From NCBI RefSeq assembly GCF_000315625.1, contig NW_005434648.1, positions 534,974 to 598,973 of the forward strand: a stretch of 64,000 nucleotides of DNA, in the 5' to 3' direction. Numbering within the stretch: position 1 is the stretch's first letter; each line of letters opens with the position of its first letter. This document shows positions 40,018-49,225 of the stretch, one piece after another. Made by a program: the position numbers and the translations under genes. The notes beneath the pieces are model-generated. The model was given only the letters and a program-made list of their open reading frames with translations. It did not search any database and was not told the DNA's origin. Source of the stretch: Guillardia theta CCMP2712. Taxonomy: Eukaryota; Protista; Cryptophyta.

Positions 40018-40161
40018 TCTGTAAAGATTTCCCCGCCCTCCCGCCTTCTCTCCCTCCCTCCCATCCTCCCTCCCGCCTTCCATCACTCCCTTCTTCCCGC
40101 CCTCCCTCCCTCCCTCCCTCATTCCCGCCTTCCGAAGCTCCCGCGTTCACCCTGATCAAAT

Positions 40162-42090
40162 ATGGGGAAAAGGAAAAGAGGAAAACAAAGAAAGTCTTGT
40201 TCTGATTCACAGACGACTGTCAAGATGTGTTTGAAAAAACATCTCAAACAACACACAATGATCGGTGTGATTGATGATTGGGTGAAACACATAAGCAAAA
40301 TAAGCCATCGAGGTAGCATCATCTTCAATCATCTATTGTTATGGTGTTTTGAGAAGGATTCAATGCAAGGTGATGATACGTACATTACAAGGCTGTTTGA
40401 TCAGATATACAATCGTACTAGAAAAGTAACAGACAAAGAAAAAGAAGAAGGGATGCAAGAAGAAACGGTCAAGACCAATGGTGGAGATAAAGTTTTCTTT
40501 CGGACCTGTTTTCTGATGGGTGAAAAACGCAGAGGTAATGCAATTCAGTTTGATATTTTAGACGAGTTTTGGCAAGAAAAAGGGAACAAGTATCCACCAA
40601 TACAACGCAGGAAAGAAGGGGATATTCGAGTACTGTACTATTCTGCTGATCAATATGCAACAAATTTCCAAAATTACATATTCTATACGATGGGACAAAA
40701 ACAGACTAGATACATAAAGGAATGGGGAAAGCTCAATGGGATTTCTTCAGAAAATGAGATACAGGATATACGGAATACAGTAAACGGATGGAGCTTTCCA
40801 CCAAAAACTCGTGTTCTCGAAAGACAGGATGTCATTGATTTCATAAGGGAACAAAAAGAGATCATTGGATGGGACAATCATTATAACTTGTCATGGACCC
40901 GTGACAAAATCAAGAAAAACCCTGATCAGCAAAAATGGATGCAATTACACATGCCAAATCTTGTCAAGTACCATTTTTCGGTTCTGAGGTTTTTGGAGAT
41001 TCATGATATATCTGATCGATACACGATCGCTCCGATTTTTCAGATACGCAAACAATTTATTCGCGTAGACATTTGGGGTTTATTCTACATTATGGATCAA
41101 TCTGGTCTGTTGCAATATTCAAAGGGTGGGAAAAGCAAATGCATGAAAAAGTTCACACAACAAAAACATAAGCGATTCTTGTCGGTGTTGAAGCTACAAT
41201 CAAATTTGAGAAAGAAAGGGACAGTTGATAGCATACAGACTGACGGAGTCGCACTCTGTGTGACGTTCAAGAAGAGAATACACAATGAGACAGACAATAC
41301 TACTACAAAGAAAAGCAAAACAAGAGATTGTGATGTGTCCTCAAGACGAGTTATTGCAATCGATCCTGGTCGCAATGTACTGATATGCGGTGTCGAGCAA
41401 ATACCTGGTCAAGAAAAACCAAAGCAGTATCGATATACTCGAAGGCAGTACTATCATGAGTCTCATATTACTCGGAATAACGCCAAGTTAGAAAAATGGA
41501 GACAAGGCATAACAGAGGAATCAAACGATATTGCAAGAGTGTCAGCAAAAACGTCTCGGTTGGATCACTTTGAAAGATACATCGACACCGTGGTGAGACT
41601 AAGCGAGATCCTGTTCGAACACAATTGTCAAAACAAGTTCGCACGCCTGAAGATGGATAACTACATCCACAAACACAAGGCGATTGATACGTTCTTCAAG
41701 AAGATGAAAGGTAATGGGACAGATCAAAATCCAATAATTGCATACGGTGATGCATCATTCGGTTGTACTGGGCGTGGAGAGAAGTCAGTGCCTGTAAAAT
41801 GGATCAAAAGGCGATGTCAGAACTTCTTCGAGGTGACGGCAGTTGATGAATACAGAACGACAAAATGTTGCAATCAATGTCATCAAGAATTGTATGATTT
41901 GAGACGCAAACAAATCAACAAGAATGGTATACTTGCTGACGAAGTGTCAGTGGTGCGGGGTTTGAAATGGTGCAGATCCACCAATTGTGTTCAAAACCGT
42001 ATCAAGTCTCGTGATGTCAATGCTGCTATGAATATTCTATTGTGCTACATGTCTCTACCAGCACGACCAGATTTTCTGAAACGGCCTTGA
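40162..42090 (+). CDS. Fanzor (Fanzor1-type) RNA-guided RuvC endonuclease, eukaryotic TnpB homologue, 642 aa
   Basis: IQTDGVAL; RuvC-I VIAIDPG (D401); bridge-helix region RYTRRQYY; IIAYGDASF followed by shifted glutamate VDEYRTTK (E563); Zn ribbon CCNQC...CRSTNC; RuvC-III SRDVNAAMNI (D618); N-terminal basic NLS-like MGKRKRGKQRK; no introns. Confidence 0.93.
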   Translation: MGKRKRGKQRKSCSDSQTTVKMCLKKHLKQHTMIGVIDDWVKHISKISHRGSIIFNHLLLWCFEKDSMQGDDTYITRLFDQIYNRTRKVTDKEKEEGMQEETVKTNGGDKVFFRTCFLMGEKRRGNAIQFDILDEFWQEKGNKYPPIQRRKEGDIRVLYYSADQYATNFQNYIFYTMGQKQTRYIKEWGKLNGISSENEIQDIRNTVNGWSFPPKTRVLERQDVIDFIREQKEIIGWDNHYNLSWTRDKIKKNPDQQKWMQLHMPNLVKYHFSVLRFLEIHDISDRYTIAPIFQIRKQFIRVDIWGLFYIMDQSGLLQYSKGGKSKCMKKFTQQKHKRFLSVLKLQSNLRKKGTVDSIQTDGVALCVTFKKRIHNETDNTTTKKSKTRDCDVSSRRVIAIDPGRNVLICGVEQIPGQEKPKQYRYTRRQYYHESHITRNNAKLEKWRQGITEESNDIARVSAKTSRLDHFERYIDTVVRLSEILFEHNCQNKFARLKMDNYIHKHKAIDTFFKKMKGNGTDQNPIIAYGDASFGCTGRGEKSVPVKWIKRRCQNFFEVTAVDEYRTTKCCNQCHQELYDLRRKQINKNGILADEVSVVRGLKWCRSTNCVQNRIKSRDVNAAMNILLCYMSLPARPDFLKRP

Positions 42091-42205
42091 ATCACACATG
42101 GGTCTGGTTATACTTCAACCTGTTCTTCATAGAAAGGATGAAGTACGAGTCAGACACAAGGAAATATTGGCGTGTGGGTCTTCAATGATCCATAATTTCG
42201 ACGGA
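42087..42205 (+). ncRNA. Candidate Fanzor omegaRNA (scaffold about 42087-42185 plus downstream guide)
   Basis: Begins at the Fanzor stop; long hairpin 42102-42155 (GTCTG/CAGAC, TACTTCA/TGAAGTA, CCT/AGG, TTCT/AGAA); outer pairing TTGAA-TCACAC with GTGTGG-TTCAA. Confidence 0.55.
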
Positions 42206-42269
42206 AAATTTAGAATTTTGAAATTTTATGTTTTGTGTCGTTTAGCTAATATCCTCACAATCTCCCTAC

Positions 42270-43239
42270 CCCCATGGAATGTTTTGTGTGCAAGACAATC
42301 GTCAGGAAGGCGGACAGACGAGGAAAGCGACCGATGGTTCCAGAGAGAGTGTAGGCTCGGCCTTGCCTTCTCGTGTATCTGATCAAACCTCGTCAAAACT
42401 GCCTTGACAGCATCAAGTCAAACTCACTCGAGCAACTTCTCTCGTCGTTTCTCACGAAGCTCAGTAGACTGCAGAGATTGAACAAACTCTCAGAAGATAT
42501 GGAGAGGAACAAATTAACGAGCAACAAAAAGAGCAGAAGAGAAGAGAAGAGAAGAGAAGAGAAGAGAAGGCTCGTCTTCGACCTTGGCGTATGTCGCCTG
42601 CATTTCTTTCCTTCGTTCTTCATACTCGTTGTAGTTGCCCTTGTGGTGGGTCAGACGTCGGGCTATGCCGCTGATGTGCAGCATGTCGGTGCAGACAGCA
42701 TCTAGAAACATGCGGTCGTGCGAGACGACGACGACGATCCTGCTCTTCCACACCTGCAGGCCAGTCGGAGAACTCAGAGAGCAACGACACGCTGAAGGGG
42801 TAGGACGAGCAGTAATGGTTTGGGGGCAAGCAGAAGTATGAGGTGGTGGTGGTGTAGGGAGGAGAAGGAGGAGGTGGTGGTCCATGTGGTGGTGGTGGTG
42901 ATGTAGGAAGGAGGAGGTGGTGGAGGAGGAAGAGGAAGAGGTGGAGGTGGAGGTGGAGGTGGTGGTGGAAGAGGAGATGTTTGTTTTACCATCGAGGTAG
43001 CAAGAGTTCGCTGCAGCCACAGCACGCCATCAATCGAGAGATGGTTCGTCGGCTGCAAGATCAAAATTTCAACTTCCTGCTCCTCTTTCTCCTCCTCTCC
43101 GCCAACCTCATCCAGCAGTAGGATATCGGGCTTTGCAAATAGAGCAGCAGCGAGAGCAACGCGCACTCTCCATCCTCCAGACAGTGCCTGATCAGAAACC
43201 GTCAACAACCTCATCATTTCCCGCTCCCCCTTCCCCCTT

Positions 43240-43299
<60 letters not shown>

Positions 43300-43509
43300 T
43301 CTCCTGCTCTCCCTCGCACCTTCATCGGTTCATCCTCCTCCTCCTCCTCCTCCTCCTCCTCCTCCTCTCCCTCGCACCTTCATTGGCCTTGATAGGAGCT
43401 CTTCCGAGAATCCCAAGCTCACCAGCATCGCTCTTGCTCGACCCTCAGACTGCGCGGGCAAGTCAATCCCCGCCCTCCTCTTCCCCATGGAATGTTTTGT
43501 GTGCAAGAC
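42270..43509 (-). pseudogene. Internal fragment of an ABC-F ATPase gene (introns retained) bracketed by a 27-bp direct repeat
   Basis: [41 protein letters not shown]|PTNHL, VVSHDRMFLDAVCTD, KGNYNEY; no Walker A and no second ABC domain; CCCCATGGAATGTTTTGTGTGCAAGAC at 42270-42296 and 43483-43509. Confidence 0.88.
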
Positions 43510-44164
43510 TACCCCTAAATTTATCAATTAATACCCCGTAATATCCCTATAGTAAAGATGGGGTACTACACCCCTACCCTTACATTCGACACATTTCCGT
43601 TGATCGAGGATTTTTTTCCTCGCTCAGGATCAACGGCTGTCGCCGGGCTCGGTGCTGTGACTGCCGGACCCGGCCCCCCCAACCCCCCCCCCCACCCGGG
43701 GCCGGCCCGGCCGAACCGTTGACTTGAACCGTCCGGTCCGGGTCCTGCGGCCGGGCGTACCGACGGTCACTGAATAGTTGCTGATTCAGTGACGGCAGTG
43801 AGTACCCAGTACCTGGGTACCTGGCCGGGTAGCGGCCGGCCGCCGCACAGGCTGCAGCGGGCCCGCCGGGGGGGGGAGTCACCTCCCGGCCCGGCCTTTT
43901 TATATTGTCTATTGTTATAACATTTTAGATGGATCTGATACCAGAAATGGAATTAGTACGACTTGATATTGTACCTGTTAGGCTATTTTAGGGTGATTCA
44001 CTGTGTGATCTCTGAGCCAATGGCTCAAAATTTAAAATTGAAAAACCACTTTCTGAATCCACAAACTTCTACAGCCCGGGTTCCTACCTCATTCGCAACA
44101 TTTTGAACCATTATCTGAAACATTGAAATTTTGGACCACAGATTCGAGATAGGTTGCCCTGACG

Positions 44165-45833
44165 ATGGCGGACAAGAGGCATGCCCTCCCCTCCTTCTCG
44201 TGCCCGATCACCATGGAAGTGATGAGCGACCCTGTGACCTCCTGCGATGGTCACACCTACGAGCGGTCCAGCATTGAGACCTGGTTCAGACAGAATGCCT
44301 CCAGCCCCCTCACTGGTGCTGTCCTCGGCTCCAAATCCCTCCTTCCCAACATTGCTCTGAAAAATGCGATCCAAGAGTGGCACACGCAGAATGCATTGCA
44401 CATAGAAAGACATGACATCGAATTCGATCAGGGCGGTCCGATATCAGCAGGTTCGTTCAAGACAAGTAGCTGTGCTCAAGGTGAGGCGAGGCGACGATGA
44501 CATGACTGAAGCTGGAGTTTTGCTAAAGTTAGGAAGACACCCTCGAATTGTTCGCTTCATAGGGCAATGTGAGGATAAGGATGGTCGCTTGCTAGTGACA
44601 GAGTTTGCCGAGTATGGGTCTCTTAGTGACGCTCTCTGTCACGAGCTTCGAGGTCAGGTGTCGTTGGAACATCAGCTTGTGATGATGCAGCAGATAGCTC
44701 AGGGCATGGAACATGTTGCAGACCATGCGGTTGTGCATCGTGACCTGGCGGCGCGTAATGTGCTACTATTCAAATTTGACGTGAACGATGTGCGGAAAAC
44801 ATCGGTGAAGGTGACAGACCTGGGGCTGGCAACAGAGCTGAACAACCGCACTCATGCTACACTGGGGGAAGGAGCGCAACCATATCGGTACATGCCTCCT
44901 GAGTCGATTCAATTCAGACAATTCTCAGAGAAAAGTGACGTTTGGGCATACGGCGTCACCTGTTGGGAGATCCTTACTTGTGCCAAGATCCCTTACTACA
45001 ACATAACACAGGACGACGGAGTCATTCAGTTTGTGTGCAGTGGAGGGAGGCTACAAAGGGACGAGATAGAAGGAGAATGCCCCGATACCCTCTGGGAGCT
45101 CATGGAAGATTGTTGGCGCACAAACCATGGCGATCGCCCCAAGTTTTCAGAGCTGGCAGTAGCACTTGGATGTCTGGACAGAGAAGAACGTATAAAGCAA
45201 TTGGAGTCGAGTTTTCAGGAAGACCTTGTTCGTAAAGAGACCGAACTTGCTGCTGAAAGAGAAAAGCTTGCCATCAAACGTACAGAGTTGCATGCAGTCA
45301 GCGAGAAGCTTGCCGCTACGGAGAAAGAGCTTCATGACACCAGGAATGAGCTTGGTGCAGACAAATCTAAGCTGCGTATGTTACAGGCTGAGACGATAGA
45401 TGTCAGCAACAAACTTGCCAACAGCGAGGCTGAGATTGCCATCAAACGTACAGAGTTGCATGCAGTCAGCGAGAAGCTTGCCGCTACGGAGAAAGAGCTT
45501 CATGACACCAGGAATGAGCTTGGTGCAGACAAATCTAAGCTGCGTATGTTACAGGCTGAGACGATAGATGTCAGCAACAAACTTGCCAACAGCGAGGCTG
45601 AGATTGCCATCAAACGTACAGAGTTGCATGCAGTCAGCGAGAAGCTTGCCGCTATGGAGAAAGAGCTTCATGACACCAGGAATGAGCTTGGTGCTGAGCA
45701 AGTGAAATATCGACAATCTGAAAAAGATTTGAAAGACACAAGAAAGGAATTAGAAGATATCAAGATTGTTGTTCTCAAAAGCGATGATGGGCCAGCATAT
45801 AAGAAGTTTAAGTTTTGGTCTTCTGGTTTGTAG
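44165..45833 (+). pseudogene. U-box plus tyrosine-kinase-like kinase plus coiled-coil gene, frameshifted near 44465
   Basis: U-box FSCPITMEVMSDPV...GHTYERSSIETW...SPLTG; Gly-loop ISAGSFKT lies in the U-box frame but VAVLK, HRDLAARN, DLG and SEKSDVWAYG lie in another frame; intronless. Confidence 0.8.
45268..45695 (+). repeat. 168-bp (56-aa) coding tandem repeat, about 2.5 near-identical copies
   Basis: CCATCAAACGTACAGAG at 45271, 45439 and 45607. Confidence 0.95.
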
Positions 45834-45985
45834 AGGATGAAATTGAACGACAGGAAGATGGGTCATACAACATACACACAGTCATTTTTGTCCTGTTTGC
45901 CTTTTATAAAAAGGTGAAAGGATTCTCAGCTTTGCCATGAGACTTCGAGCACCAAAGCAATTTTTCCAAGCGCAAAGACGAACTC

Positions 45986-47194
45986 TTAAACGTAGTTGAA
46001 TGCAGGAGAAGTTTCCGTAAAAATCAACAGCATTAGCGCCGATTCGACGGTAGAATTTTCAATATATTTTTGTAAATTACTGTAGATCATAAGAGCATTA
46101 ACATCACCGCTCATTCTGCATGCATGATTCAAGTAATACACATAGAATCTTGATTTTTCAATGTTTTTGAATTGCTGAGTAGGAAATGTCAAGACTCTTT
46201 CATCGTATGTGAGATTGTCGTTGAAATTTGCGTAGTTCGAAGACAAATTACGCTTTAGAGCTGCAATGCAATGAGATAATGGTCGTGTCCGCAAAATCGA
46301 TGCATCCTTTCCAAAATAAACATAGTATAACTTTCTATGTGCAAAACTCCGTTCCATGCCTTTGCAGAAAACAATGAAAGGTTCTCCGAACTGACATTTC
46401 GTACTGAGTTTTCGGTCCATATTATCAACCTCATCGGTCACGTATATGTTATTATTTGCATATTTGCACATTACGGCAATGCTCTGGCTCTCTTGCAACA
46501 AAGGTCGTATTCTCGAGAGGTCATTGTATAGATAGTAGAATACGCTGAATCTGATCTTAATTAAACTGTAGTAGCATAGGATTATTGCAGCTGTTTGAAG
46601 GAACCTCGTCATACTCTCATAATTCCCACAGAGGTCAACAGAAAATGCAGTGATAAAAGCGAGTGGAAACCAAACCAATACAACCCTGGGTGCTGGCCGG
46701 TATAACAATATTCTTTTAAAGTACTTCCTAGGTGCATCATCGAGGTCTCCCAAGTATGCATAATCTTTAAGGCACAGATATGTGATGCATACCAGGACAA
46801 GCTGTGCGATACACACTCGGCAGAGGTAACTTGAAAGAAAAACAGCACATCCTCCTTCTCTTGTTCCACTCCAAACGTCCAACAAAGTAAGGCCAGCGAA
46901 TCCAATTTCTAATAGAACAATCCCTAAACAAACCCAGAATAGAAGCTGGGGCAATGCTTCACAACAGCGCAGAAACATCAACGAAATTATCATCAACATG
47001 TAGAATTCATAAAATTTCATGTTGGCCTGATATTCAATCTCCGACAGCTTATTCGCGGAAGTCTCAGGAAACAAGTATTCATATACAGCCATCCAAATGG
47101 AACTGAACAGAGATGTATACGAGTCCATGGAATGGTCAGGCTCGCTGGTACAGGCCATCACATTCCATCTTGCTTGCTTCCACATCTTGGCCAT
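45986..47194 (-). CDS. Intronless AT-rich multi-pass membrane protein of unknown function (402 aa)
   Basis: Long open ORF with about 5 hydrophobic segments; composition differs from host genes. Confidence 0.6.
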   Translation of the reverse strand: MAKMWKQARWNVMACTSEPDHSMDSYTSLFSSIWMAVYEYLFPETSANKLSEIEYQANMKFYEFYMLMIISLMFLRCCEALPQLLFWVCLGIVLLEIGFAGLTLLDVWSGTREGGCAVFLSSYLCRVCIAQLVLVCITYLCLKDYAYLGDLDDAPRKYFKRILLYRPAPRVVLVWFPLAFITAFSVDLCGNYESMTRFLQTAAIILCYYSLIKIRFSVFYYLYNDLSRIRPLLQESQSIAVMCKYANNNIYVTDEVDNMDRKLSTKCQFGEPFIVFCKGMERSFAHRKLYYVYFGKDASILRTRPLSHCIAALKRNLSSNYANFNDNLTYDERVLTFPTQQFKNIEKSRFYVYYLNHACRMSGDVNALMIYSNLQKYIENSTVESALMLLIFTETSPAFNYV

Positions 47195-47949
47195 CTTGCC
47201 TCCCGTCCAAGCTCTCAGCTAAGAAATGTCAGTTTTACTCAATTCAACAACGTATGCACGGACCGGGCCTCCGACTCACGGTACGGTCGGCACCGTGACC
47301 GGGGCCAGATGGAGTCCCGGATCTGAGTGATTGCAGCAGACAGAGACTGAAGACGAAGTTCTGTAAGGCAGTGTGACTCACACAAAGTCACATCTCACGT
47401 GACTCGTCGGGTCTTGACGCCGCCTTGGCCCCCGGGCGGCCAGTACGGCCGCTTGGCGTTAGGGAGGTGGGCGGTTATTGCCACAAACCCGTCCATTCTA
47501 GCATTTTACAATCGGAAACAGAGGGGTGGGTGGGTGCATACGGGGGAATTATAATTGGAGGATGACGGGGAAGCGGCGAAGGCTGTAAGGCTGCCTCCAT
47601 ACATCTTTTGACTACAGTACCCCAGGTATAGACCACCCCCTGTTCCCCCTCATACTATAGTACCCCTTCATGTGTCATCAAAGTAACCACCGTAACAATT
47701 CAACCCTTACAGAGTTCCTGTCGCCCTTCGTATCTCAGCCTCGTACTACCCCACAGGCTCTTATATGTCTCCTGCTTCAGTCCACCCCTCCTTTCTCCAT
47801 CCTTCACCCCTGTTTGAGTCCACACCTTGTGTACCCACCATCTTCCCCACCCCTATTGCTGAAGTGACCCTACCCCTTTCGAAACAGCGACTGGCAACGT
47901 GATACCGAACCGTTGCAGTCTCAGATCTAACAAATCTCAGGTATCATAG

Positions 47950-49107
47950 GTGTTTGCCTGGTGCGGAGCTGGTTGGATTATGGCGATGATTCAAGAAAGG
48001 GGAGGGGAGAAAGAGAGTGTTGGAAGCTCCAAACATGCTGATAGCCGCATGCTCCGATCGAACAGCCTCTATGGGAAGCGCACATCTCCTTCAAATGAAC
48101 GTAACCCTGATAAGAAATCTCTGGTGTTGGGCCATCACAACAACTCAGGCCAACAGCTACAGCAGTATAACCTGAACAATACGAGCGAAGGCTCCGTTGT
48201 TTGCAATCAGAACAAGAATCTCCTGAACGAAGCTCGTCTGAATCGTCATCATTCCACTGACACGCACCAACATGCACCCGACAATCAACATCTGCCCAGG
48301 CCCTCACTGAAGAGTTCCAGTAGCGGAAGCCGTTTCTATGCCAACAAGATCTTTGCTAGCATGTCTAACTTGTCTTTGACGAATCAAAACAATCATAGTG
48401 AAACGGCCACTTGCGACTCCGAAACTCATCCTTCGGGGACAGCTGAAAATGATACGAAAGGAAAGAGCAACAGTCATCCCCAAGGGAAGGGTCCACCGCT
48501 GGCTGTTCTGCAGTCTGGGGCATGCCCGTTTGTTCAGACCAAGAAGAGCAGTCACTTGCTGAAGAATGCTCTGTGTACTTTAGAATCAGTTCAACCGACA
48601 CATCACGGTAACGAAATTCAGGATGACGAAGATCCAAGTTTCCAAGGTCAAGTTGAAATTCAAGGCAGTCTAGACTCCGAGCATTCTATCCCTGTCTCCT
48701 GCCAGATCACAGCAAGACATGACAACGGTGTGACGGAATCGAAACTTACACTATATGCCTGCTCCTTGAAGCTGTGTGAACTCTATCTGCAGCATGTCAC
48801 GGTAGAAGCAATTCCTGGAAAAGAATTTCTTCTTCGTATCAGCACGAAATCTGTGAAGAGTCCAGCTAGTCCAGATGAAACAATATTCTTGAAGTGTAAA
48901 AGCAATCTTGAACACCTTGTCTGGATCAAAGCTCTGCAGTCATGGGGCGCTGAAATCAGATGCAGCGAGGATTGCAAGTCTCGTTCCTCCTATCCTGCGA
49001 AATCTAAGAAGAATCTGCAGTCTATTATGTACTTTGTGTTTTTTGTGTTGTTTCTTGCCATTTCTTTGCCCTGTTGCCGTAGTATTATGCTTTCCAATTC
49101 AAATTAA
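47950..49107 (+). CDS. Hypothetical protein with possible PH-like domain and C-terminal hydrophobic segment
   Basis: 385-aa ORF; IFLKCKSNLEHLVWIKALQ resembles the PH C-terminal helix. Confidence 0.5.
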   Translation: MFAWCGAGWIMAMIQERGGEKESVGSSKHADSRMLRSNSLYGKRTSPSNERNPDKKSLVLGHHNNSGQQLQQYNLNNTSEGSVVCNQNKNLLNEARLNRHHSTDTHQHAPDNQHLPRPSLKSSSSGSRFYANKIFASMSNLSLTNQNNHSETATCDSETHPSGTAENDTKGKSNSHPQGKGPPLAVLQSGACPFVQTKKSSHLLKNALCTLESVQPTHHGNEIQDDEDPSFQGQVEIQGSLDSEHSIPVSCQITARHDNGVTESKLTLYACSLKLCELYLQHVTVEAIPGKEFLLRISTKSVKSPASPDETIFLKCKSNLEHLVWIKALQSWGAEIRCSEDCKSRSSYPAKSKKNLQSIMYFVFFVLFLAISLPCCRSIMLSNSN

Positions 49108-49225
49108 GGAGTTTTTTTTTATTGATGGTTTTCAGTATTCTATTCACTGTCTTTGACAATTAAATTGTGAAAAAAGAAAAATTTATTGGTTTGATAATGT
49201 ACAAATTTTATACAGAGAACAATCT

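Larger units (their letters stand above)
39241..42273 (+). mobile_element. Fanzor-carrying non-autonomous transposon-like element (ends provisional)
   Basis: Left ...GTCCAT|GGGGGTGGGGGTAGAT; right end read on the minus strand ...TTCCAT|GGGGGTAGGGAGAT (short imperfect inverted ends); interrupts an exon-like segment on the left; AT-rich intronless interior; no transposase seen. Confidence 0.6.
43510..47880. mobile_element. Putative cargo-carrying element: two convergent intronless ORFs between GC-rich hairpin blocks and ACCCC-rich ends
   Basis: ACCCC/GGGGTAC tract 43510-43580, hairpin block 43597-43900, cargo 44165-47194, hairpin block 47260-47460, GTACCCC tract 47520-47880. Confidence 0.45.

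Noticed and set aside
39686-40210. 174-aa minus-strand ORF
   Set aside because: By-product of the 90-bp repeat (multiple of 3) and low-complexity DNA
39241-47880. Transposase or Y1/serine recombinase partner for the Fanzor
   Set aside because: No DDE, HUH or recombinase motifs found in the ORFs of this interval
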